The notes below the pieces were generated by a model, which was not told where the DNA came from, did no database searches, and saw only the letters and a list, made by a program, of their open reading frames with translations. 64,000 nucleotides of DNA from assembly GCF_006345805.1 (NCBI RefSeq), contig NC_043003.1:50654001-50718000 (forward strand), read 5' to 3'. The translations under genes were made by a program, and so were the position numbers. This DNA comes from Octopus sinensis (Eukaryota). Shown here one piece after another: positions 54,409 through 64,000 of the stretch. How positions within the stretch are numbered: position 1 is the stretch's first letter; each line of letters starts with the position of its first letter.

Positions 54409-54872
54409 CAAATACATTCATATGTGCATACACATACCTCCATAGATACATATAAATGTTCGTGTATGTATGTGTGTGTGTGTATATTATTCCCAACAGC
54501 GCTCCTTTTCAAAACCATCTGACAAAGGTAATATATGTTTGTACATATTCAGGTATATATGTCTACAAGAAACATAAGTATGTCAAGAAAAAAAATACAC
54601 GCTTAACATGTGTGTGAGTGTGTGTGTGTGTGTGTGTGCGTGTGTGTGTGTGTGCGTGCGAGCGTACGTGCGTGCGTACGTGTGTGTGTATGTGTGTGTG
54701 TTTGTTAGTTTGTGAACGTTGATTTATTTTCCGTTGCATTCCATTTGTATTTTATATTATCGTTCAAGATGTCTAAATCTATCTTGGACTTCGCAGTTTT
54801 ATACACACTTATACACACTCGTATGGATATATTGCTTATATACATACACACATACATACATACATACATACA

Positions 54873-54905
<33 letters not shown>

Positions 54906-54932
54906 CGTGTATGTATATATATATATATAAAA

Positions 54933-56250
54933 CTAGCAGAGATACCCGGCGTTGCCCGGTTACATTCAATTGGGGAATTAGACTTTTCTGTTATATCTTC
55001 TGTAATGAACTGGAATGTCTATGTCTCGAATTTCATCAAAATTGCAGATGAGGGTTATTTCACTCTTTACATACCCTAAAAAATTGTAATCGTGCCACAT
55101 GTATCGCATAATACTGATTTTTATGCACATATTCCAAAATTCCAGTTTTATTGAACTTGTTTAAAAGATTTTGCTCCTGAAAAATGAAGGTCATGGAGCT
55201 CTAAAATGTGAGAGTTAAGGCCCCTGTTGAGGGTGGGCATCTTAATGTCAACCAGAGAAGTTGAATTGTTGAAAATCTTTTTAACTTGGGTTTTATATCA
55301 ATTGTTTGATTTTCTTTGAAATAGGAAGTATATGTTCACTGGGTTTGTAAAAGAGAGCAAAGCTACAGGAAACCAAAAGACGAATGATCACAATAAGCAG
55401 TCAGTTACCCTACCCTAGTCGTTACCACTCCCAATGTAGGATTCCTCACCATCCAGGTGAAAGGCACAGCCGTAAGATGCATTACGAATCTATAGCAATT
55501 GGAAAGGCGTGACCCAACTGAAATCAACATTAACAAATGTTTGACGTGAGGCTAAGGAGAAATGAAAGTGTCACCTCTGGAGTTTCCAAATGACCACTAT
55601 ACTGATACGTAACTGGACAGAATAAATTTAAAATCTATAAATGTCTTTGAATAACCAATCACTCATTTGGGAAGGCCATGAAATCAATGTTACCATCTGG
55701 GGACTATGTGTGACCAAGTGATAATATAAAGACTGAAAGGAGGTATGCAATCAAATAACTTTACTCAACACTTTGCGACTGAATCAGTGGAGGCAAAGAT
55801 GCCTCTCATTTACTTGACAATTTATGCACCATATTGCAGAAATCACAATGTAAGTGTATGTCAAAGCAAACTGTTATACTGTTGTACCATTGAATTAGAA
55901 ATAATGCCCAACTTTTATGCTCGGGTAACCCTACAGCTTCCAAGAGCACAACTGTATTTGTTTTTGCTTAGATAAAATGACAAAATTGTTGGTGTTAAGT
56001 CCCCATGGGGGGGTCTTTCTAATTTTGTAAGAAGATGAAATTTTATAAATATTACTTCATTTGTGTCTAATATCTATGGTTAAGATTTCATCAACAGCAA
56101 AAATATATGAATTGTCATGGGGGTTATGGCCCTTATGCATAAAATATAATTTCCAAATTTCATAAAGATCCATTCAGTACTTTTGACCTAGTTTTGGATC
56201 ATAAAAGAAATTACTAAAACTTGGGAGTTAAGGCTCCCATTAGGGTGTTA
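54933..56250 (-). mobile_element. Helitron-like non-autonomous element (3' end clear, 5' end approximate)
   Basis: Minus strand CCGGGCAACGCCGGGTATCTCTG-CTAG|T, the same terminal design as the 39093 element. Confidence 0.55.
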
Positions 56251-56494
56251 TATATATATATATATATACACGCACACATACAAAGATAAATTGATAGATA
56301 CAATTGAGTGGGCAAACAAAAATATGAGACACAGCCTAGTGCTTTTTTATGTACTTATTCTATTAGTTTGTTCTTGTGAAACCAGTAAGTTATGTGGATG
56401 TAAATAAATGAACAGCAGTTGTGAAGCAGTGATGAGGGCGAAACACAGAGACAAAGACACACACATACACTTACATATATACATATATATACAT

Positions 56495-57840
56495 ATATTG
56501 AGCTCAGCTTCAAGGGATAGGTTGTAGGTGACGGTAAAGCCAAGATAGGTAAACTTCTCCACCTCCTGTAGTCTGTGGTCTCCAATATGTATGTTTGGGA
56601 TGTCGTCCGATGTAGCCTGAACCATGATGTTGGTCTTCTTGAGGCTGATAATTAAGCCAAAGTTGCCAAATGCTTTCTCAAAACAGTTGATGAGCCTTCG
56701 TAGGCCTTCTGTGTGTGATACCAGAGCGGCATCATCAGCAAATAGCATCTCCTTGATCAGGACGCTTCTGATTTTGGTCTTGGCACGCAAACGCGAGAGA
56801 TTGAACAGTTTCCCATCACTTCTACTGCGCAGAAACACTCCATCAACTGATGTCTCAAAGGCATGTGACAACAGCAGCGAGAAAAAGATGCCAAATAATG
56901 TAGGAGCAAGGACACAACCTTGCTTTACCCCATTTTCTTTTATTTGGAAGGCGGCTGATGTTGAACCATTGTGCTGTATGGTGCCTTGCATATCAGCATG
57001 GAAAGATTTGATGATTCTCAGCAGCTTTGGTGGACATCCGATTTTTTGGAGTAGGAGGAAGAGGCCTTTTCTACTTACCAAGTCAAAGGCCTTTGTCAGA
57101 TCAATGAAGGCCATATATAATGGCATTTTCTGCTCCCTGGACTTCTCCTGAAGTTAGCGTAAGGAAAATATCATGTCAATAGTTGATCTGCTTCTTCTAA
57201 ATCCACACTGCAATTCTGGATAAATTCGAGAAGCAATTAGTTGCAGTCTGGACAGGTTAATGCGAGCAGAGGCATTTCCAACAGTGCTTAGAAGAGATAT
57301 TCCACGGTAATTGTTACAATCACCACGGTCACCTTTGATTTTGTAAAGCGTAATGATGTTAGCATCCCGCATATTCTGAGGGACTGTACCCTCTTCTCAG
57401 CACTGACACAGAAGCTCATGAATGTACCGAAGCAGGATGGTGTTCTTGCCGGTTTTGATGATCTCTAAGGGGATGCCGTCTTTTCCCGGAGCATTGTTAC
57501 TTGCTAGGGAGTCAATAGATTTGGTGAGCTCTGCTATAGATGGCAGACTGTCAAGTTCACACATGACTGGCAAGATCTTGACACCCTCGATTGCAGCCTC
57601 AGCTACCATGGTCTCTCGTGAGTAGAGATCCTGGCAGTACTCCATCCATGTACCCATTTGCTTGCTTTGGTCCTTAGTGAGATCCCAGTAGTTGATTTTA
57701 GAGGGGCTGAGTTGGTTGCGGATGGACCGAGGGCCTTCTTCAAACCGGCATACATCCCACAGGAGTCGCCACTGTCAGCAGCTGACTGGCTACTCTGACA
57801 GATTTCCTGTCAATACCCATTTGCACAGTGTCTGGCAGTC
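56495..57840 (-). pseudogene. RTE-clade (BovB-like) LINE reverse transcriptase fragment, truncated at both ends, with stops and frameshifts
   Basis: KGDRGDCNNYRGISLLS, PELQCGFRRSRST.DMIF, AFIDLTKAFDLVSR, GVKQGCVLAPTLF, MLFADDAAL, LIISLKKT and EVEKFTYLG. Confidence 0.95.
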
Positions 57841-58295
57841 GAAAATTTTCACCAAAAATTTTCACCAAAAAGTTTTCGAAAATTTTCACCAAAAATCTTT
57901 CGAAAATTTTCACCTGAAATTTTCACCGAAAATTTTCACCAAAAATTTTTCGAAAATTGTTACCGAAAATTTTAACCAAAAAGTTTCACCAAAACTTTTT
58001 CGAAAATTTTCACCAAAAATTTTCACCGAAAATTTTCACCAAAACTTTTTCGAAAATTTTCACCAAAACTTTTTCGAAAATTTTCACCAAAAAGTTTCAC
58101 CAAAAATTTTTCAAAAATTTTCACCGAAAATGTTCACCATAAATTTTTCGAAAATTTTCATCAAAAATTTTTGGAGAATTTTCACCGAAAAATTTCATCA
58201 AAGAATTTCCAAAAATTTTTACCAAAAATTTTCACCAAAAATTTTCACCAAAAATTTCTCGAAAATTTTCACCGACAATTTTCACCAAAAATTTT
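57841..58295. repeat. A/T-tract minisatellite of ~11-13-bp units (AAAATTTTCACC / AAAAATTTTTCG)
   Basis: Dozens of GAAAATTTTC-like palindromic units. Confidence 0.95.
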
Positions 58296-59349
58296 CCCCA
58301 ATATGTGAGCGTGTGTATATATCCGTACGTATATGTGTGTGTAGATTTTATATATGTGTATGTATGTGAATGTATATATATGTGTGTTTGTGCGCGCGCG
58401 CACATATATGCGTGTATGTGTCCGAGTGTTGAATCTTAAAGGCCAGCTAAGGAGAATCATATGTGTAACCAACCATGAAGAACAAATCAACAGTACAAAG
58501 AAATAAAATACCAGTCTCTTTAAAACGGCAACCACTTTAAGTGTACGAGAATCACCATCCCACTACATTTACGTATTCAAAGCAGTTCACCAACAACATA
58601 CCTTGATAGGCTTTGTGACTACTACTAAATTAAGGCCACGACAGAGAAATAGAATGTTCTTGAAGCCGAGGATTTTAAATTTACAGACAATATTTACATA
58701 TCACCTGAGGAAACACAACTAGATCTCATAATGCAGGGAAATAGTTTCTTAATCAAGTACCTGCACATCTGGAGAACTACGTTGCGTGAAAACAATTGTA
58801 GTGATTACAAAATAAATGTCCAATTGTTGACTCCAATTTTTTCAATTATGTATTCACACACAACAGATGCCCAAACGCAAACTTGGAAATACATATAATA
58901 CTATTACCGGAAAGCACAGTTTAAATGTGAAAGTGGACGAACGAGCTTTATACTGTATTCTACTATGTTCTTAACAGAATATACTATAATTATATATATA
59001 CATACATAAGACGGTTTACGTCAACCAGATATACTCACAAGTCTTTGGTCGGCCCGAGTCTATAGCAGAAGACACTTGCCCAAGGTTTCACGCAATAGTA
59101 CTGAACCCAGAACCATGTGGTTGGGAATACATATATATCTATATATATATCTGTATATATATACGGCAAGATGTGTGTGTGTGTGTACGTGATTGTAGTT
59201 TATGCACATCCACAAATTAGCACGCATGTCGCTCAAATTTTAGGAGGACATTCGTCAACATCCTATCTGGGTTTTGTCAACTTATTTTTTTCCCGAGGCA
59301 CCCGCGGATAGCGGTAAAAATCTATTTTCAGCAATAAGATTTAGCGGTA

Positions 59350-59635
59350 AAAATCTATTTTCAGCCATATCTTTTTGATTGCGTCTAACAAAAAAAAAAC
59401 AAGATAAAGAAAAGTGGAAGAAGAGAGGCAGAGAGTTTCACGGGAAAGACAAAGTGAGAGAGGGAGAGAGAGTAAGTGACGACGTTCATAAAAATCTATT
59501 TTCAGCTATAGCTTTCTGACGGCGTCTAACAAAAAAAAACAAGATAAAGAAAAGTGGAAGAGAAGCAGAGAGTTTCACGGGAAAGACAAAGTGGGAGAGG
59601 AAGAGAGAGAGAGAGTAAGTGACGACGTTCATAAA
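59350..59635. repeat. ~140-bp tandem duplication
   Basis: AAAAATCTATTTTCAGC...GCGTCTAACAAAAAAAAA...GTAAGTGACGACGTTCATAAAA occurs twice. Confidence 0.9.
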
Positions 59636-60235
59636 ATATAAAATGTAAAATGTTTTGTCTTTTCTTAAACACGAGATATAGTGTTCAAATTCAGGATGTT
59701 TTTGAAAGACACTATATTTTATAATCATAGTATATATACTTTCTCACACAACAATTACAATATATTTATTTTAAATCATTTATTTATTTTAAATCGTTCA
59801 TCTTTCTCCCCCTCTCTCTCACACGCATTACTTTGGGTGCAAAAGAGTTTCGTTTTTATTTTACGCCGAGTAAAAAAGTGTTTTGTTGACAATCCATTTA
59901 TTTAACAACAACGTAACAAAGAGGTGAGTAGCAATTTGTCAGTGAATTGCGCAATATAAATGGGTACAATTTTCGGGGCTTCCACCACACCCACTCCGTT
60001 TCACGGACCACAAAAAGGGTTTTGTAGCATATTAGTAGTTGATTCCACGCAAAAAAACGATTATTTTTCTTAGTGAAAATCGTGAGAGTGTTAATCTACA
60101 AATTTAACATTTTCCCATTCATTTCTGTTTATGAACATGTATGCATGCACAAAACATGCAATAGGTGTACGTACATACATGTGTGTTCGTGTCTGTTGCC
60201 CATATATATTTATATTATATTATATCATATAATAT

Positions 60236-60269
<34 letters not shown>

Positions 60270-60369
60270 ATATAACCAATTTCAACGGATTTTGCCCAAA
60301 TTTGACGTCGATATTACTTAGTTTGATTTGAAATAAAGAACTTGATAAGCTTAATAATCGTAACTTAAT

Positions 60370-60394
60370 CCCGGGCAAGGCCGGGTTATACTAC
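60370..60394 (+). mobile_element. Probable degenerate Helitron 3' terminus
   Basis: CCCGG-GCAAGG-CCGGG hairpin followed by CTAC where CTAG is expected. Confidence 0.45.
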
Positions 60395-60743
60395 TATTTC
60401 AGTATTACGTGTTAAAAGTGAAACAAAAACATTTCTCTATTTTATGTCAGATACTTTCACTTTAACAATAAAAATAATAATAACAATTGAATTATATGTA
60501 GTAATAATTAAAATTAAACTAAATTATAATATAATCGTAACATAACAAAAGTAAAAATAGTAATTGGTATAAAATTGCATCACTGACTACAAACTTGAAT
60601 CAGCGGTTTCACATGAATGGGAATAAATTAAAAATAAAATTAGCGTGCAGAAATGGAATAGTCCAGATGGATAATAAAAAATTAAATTGAAGAAAAAACT
60701 ATTGTCTATAAAGTATGCAATGTAGAGAAAAAGATTTGAACAC

Positions 60744-60960
60744 ATGGAGGAAAGAACTTTCGAAAAGCGTCTTGGTGGCGACTATGAAAGATATCTAATC
60801 AGAGGCAGTAAATTCGCCACAATAGAAGCAAGGTTCGAATCAACGGAGTGTGCAAGGGAGTACTCGACTCGAACTTGTAAAGTGGAAATATTTTATTTTT
60901 ACCTTTATTTCTGGGACATAGGACGTCTCGGAAAAAAATTGAAAATGCCCCCCCCCCCCA
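60744..60960 (+). pseudogene. Possible L1/Tx1-like ORF1 remnant
   Basis: YLIRGSKFATIEARFES resembles non-LTR ORF1 N-termini as I recall them. Not verified. Confidence 0.3.
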
Positions 60961-61229
60961 GAAGTAGAGGTAGGCTGGATTGTAGCCACACTTCTATACA
61001 AGAGGGAGGACAAGATACAATTGATCGAAATTACAAGAGACGGGCTAACAATTCCAGTCTGTTATATATTTTGAGTATTGTTATCACTGGCGATATCAAG
61101 ATATAACTTTGTAATTTGTATTTTATGTGTAGATGTATATACAGATGTACATGTAATATGTACACATATATATATACACATATATACATGCACTAGCACT
61201 ATGACCCGGCAACGATGGGTCTTTAATGC

Positions 61230-61385
61230 TAGTATATATATAAAGGTGTGTGTTAAGAAGCTTGCTTCCCAACGACATGGTTCCGGCTTCATTCCCACTA
61301 CGTTGCACCTTGGGCAAGAGTCTTCTAGTATAGCCTCTGGGCGACCAAAGCCTTGTGAGTGGATTTGGTAGACGGAAACTGAAAC
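61230..61385 (+). mobile_element. SINE family B head
   Basis: AAGAAGCTTGCTTCCCAAC...GGATTTGGTAGACGGAAACTGAAA. Confidence 0.85.
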
Positions 61386-61508
61386 CCAGGTTCGAAATTT
61401 CCCCAATACACCTGATGAAATCTGGAGGGTATATCAACTGAAACACTGTGTTCACAACAAACAAGATGAGGAAAAATATTCGTCAATTATAAATAGTGTA
61501 AATAATGT
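61381..61508 (+). mobile_element. Short PLE-derived element with a degenerate hammerhead (61408-61451)
   Basis: ACAC-CTGATGA...GAAA-CACT-GTGT. Stem I is intact; stems II and III are mutated. Same family as 33175-33420. Confidence 0.65.
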
Positions 61509-61509
61509 T

Positions 61510-62506
61510 CAACCAGGCTATTACTTCACAAATATCAACCAGAACTGTTAGAAGAACGCTTGTAGAATACGGTCAAAAAAGGCTGTAAAGCCAAAAAGAA
61601 GCCGTGGGTTTCTGAAGCGAATATGAAAAAACGTCTTCAGTGGGCCAAAAACCACTCAAATTGGACCAGTGAGCCATGGTCGAAAGTCATATGATCTCAT
61701 GAAAGTAACTAAGAGGTAAGATAGAACATGTATTCGATCAACATATAAACTTAATGTAATTGGTTTGTTGCCCAAAATATATCAAAAAGTGTCAACATAA
61801 AGCTAATACTATTTTTCGTGTTTTTGCTCATTTTTTTTTCATGTTTTCGGTGCTTCTGGTGCAACTTTCGTTCGTCGCAGAGTTGGGGAAGCATTTAAGG
61901 CTGAATGTTTGGTACCAACCGTAAAACATGGGGTGGTTCTATCATGGTGTGGGCCTGCATGTTTGCCACAGGATCCGGAGAAATGTTTTTATGTCACGGA
62001 AGGATAAATTCAGCTACCTATGATTCTATGTTAGTAGATTTTTTAGAGCCATCAAATTGCATCCAGTAGTTTCAAAAAACAGTGTTATCTTTCAACAGGA
62101 CAACGCTCCATGTCATATAGCAAAGAATACTCATCAATGGTTTGAGACACAGTGTATTATTCCCATGGACTGGCCAGCGCAAAGTCCCGATCTAAATCTG
62201 ATCGAACACCTATGGGGAACTCTTGGTGATGTTATCAGGAACACAACCATTAACAATAAAGAGCATTTGTACCATAAGTTGAGAGAAGAATGGAATAAAA
62301 TCACGCCTAGCACCTGCAAGAAACTAGTCGGTTCAATGCCTGACCGTATAAAAGCGGTAATTGATGCTAAAGGAAGGTCAGCTAATTATTAAAACTAATG
62401 TATATTGTGAAATATACCATAATCTACAATGTGCATGAGTTTCATTGACATTGATATAGCAGAACCCGAAAACATTGGAGTGGCCTAATACTTTTGGCCA
62501 AGGCTG
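61510..62506 (+). pseudogene. Tc1 (DD34E) transposon, 5'-truncated, with an intron-like insert at 61716-61842
   Basis: KKRLQWAKNHSNWT..W, (D)ES, PTVKHGG.S.MVW and FQQDNAPCH-x-SPDLNLIEHLW (34 residues from D to E). The right TIR reads CAGCCTTGGCCAAAAGTATT on the minus strand, with TA at 62507. Confidence 0.92.
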
Positions 62507-64000
62507 TATATATATATATGTATACAAGTACTATTCGTAGCCACTTTAATATGGTTGTCCGTTCGAGCGGACTCTACTGTGATAGTTTAACCCCAAGTGG
62601 ACATCTCCTCATGCTGGTCAACGATGCACAGCTGCATCCGATAAAATTGTGAGGAGGGGGAGCGAACTCTACCATCTTCTAGCGACAGGACCAACATACC
62701 AGTCTTGGTCTATATTTGTCACTCCTCGGTACTGGACACCTCGTCTGCTCGCAATATATATATTTCAAGCGAACACACAGTCGCTGAACGGACAGCCATG
62801 TTAAACTGGCTGCGAATATTACTTGTCAGTACAACTACTGCGTTGATCTCTTAGAGAAATTTTAGAACTAGCATTTTTGCTTATGTGTGTGTGTGGAGTG
62901 TGTGCGCGCGTGCATGTTGTGTTTATCTGTACGTGTGCACCTATGCGGGAGTAACCCCGGGATCTCTCCTGAGATGAACACTCTTGATGCTTTTCATAAA
63001 AGATTAGCAAACAAAATAAGATTATTTACGGTTTTATTTGCTAATAATTCCGCAATTTACTGACAATTTACCTGACACTGGATCTTTTTGATAACATAGT
63101 TACATCCTGCAATGTGAAAATATATGGTTTGCTTCATTTTATATTTCTAAGACTAACATAGTGTTCTTCCATTGTCATAATGATATTCCATGCCCTCTCG
63201 CTATTTCAGTTGATATTATTACTTTGAAGGTGTTACCTTATCTAGATTGACTTTTATGTCAAATATTCAAACCTGTTTGCTAACTGAAATTGTATTGTAT
63301 CTCTTGAAGATTCATATCTACATTATATTATTCTAATATAGAATAATGATCATACATTTAAGCAAGTTACTCCGAAGTTCTAACCACGCTTGGTAGAACG
63401 AATGCGTAGTCTATTTAATTGTGACATCTTTCTATCACTCCATTGTTCTATCAACGATGGAATGCTCAAAGATTGGTCCTTTTCTGCTGTTACTTCAAGG
63501 AAAGATATTCAAATGAGATATTCATTGGTTCCACCTGTTCGAGAATTCCCTTTCAGAAGTCCCCTTGCCAACTTTAGCAAATCGTATTTGTGCTTCCTGA
63601 ATACTACACGAATACACTACTGTTCCATGCAGAAGTCCCTCACCCCCCCCCCTCCGAGAACAGCTGATTTGTGAAATAAATTCTTTTCTTAATGATTGCT
63701 GCCGAAATATGACCTTGATTTCGTTACATTCATGGTTAACAAGTACCCAATCTATTGGCAGTTAACTTTATTTCAATATTTCTCTTAGTTCTTTTATTAC
63801 AAATTCGTTTTGTTTCCTTTTATTGTCTCATTTATTGGCGTCGCAGTTATTTTAATGCATTACTTTCACTTCTCACTTTTCCTAATGCAATAAAAGGTAA
63901 TACAGTACGGTCAAGAATAAATATGTGTGATCGTGAATGTGTATTTATCTATATGTCTGTGGTTTTATTTGAAAGCTTATATATGTGTTTGTGTCTATGT

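Noticed and set aside
55640-55730. HEINVTIWG as an RPA-like OB-fold captured by a Helitron
   Set aside because: The match is too short and is bounded by stops.
57692-58369. 225-aa ORF with ENFHQK repeats; also considered as a CRISPR-like array
   Set aside because: It is a minisatellite translation with no unique spacers, in a eukaryotic context.

Overview
AT-rich eukaryotic DNA, dense in microsatellites and transposons. The SINE families and (TA)n/(CA)n/(CATA)n content look like an Octopus genome; this is inference from repeat recognition, not a database search. I find no host protein-coding gene I can support, and most ORF-track entries are microsatellite translations. Contents: four tRNA-headed SINE families (about 40 copies); decayed non-LTR elements (RTE, R4/Dong-type restriction-like-endonuclease elements, CR1-group, possible L1/Tx1 ORF1); Penelope-like element (PLE) remnants; two Tc1/mariner relics (DD37D maT-like and DD34E Tc1); hAT, mariner and other MITEs; non-autonomous Helitrons; several tandem duplications. 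Best signals: (1) an intact-looking type I hammerhead ribozyme (6218-6318, minus) with a palindromic stem III and an unusually long stem II, inside a direct-plus-inverted PLE repeat, plus four decayed hammerheads from three other families; (2) a spliceosomal-type intron inside the Tc1 transposase; (3) several long near-perfect hairpins that would be dsRNA/ADAR substrates if transcribed.
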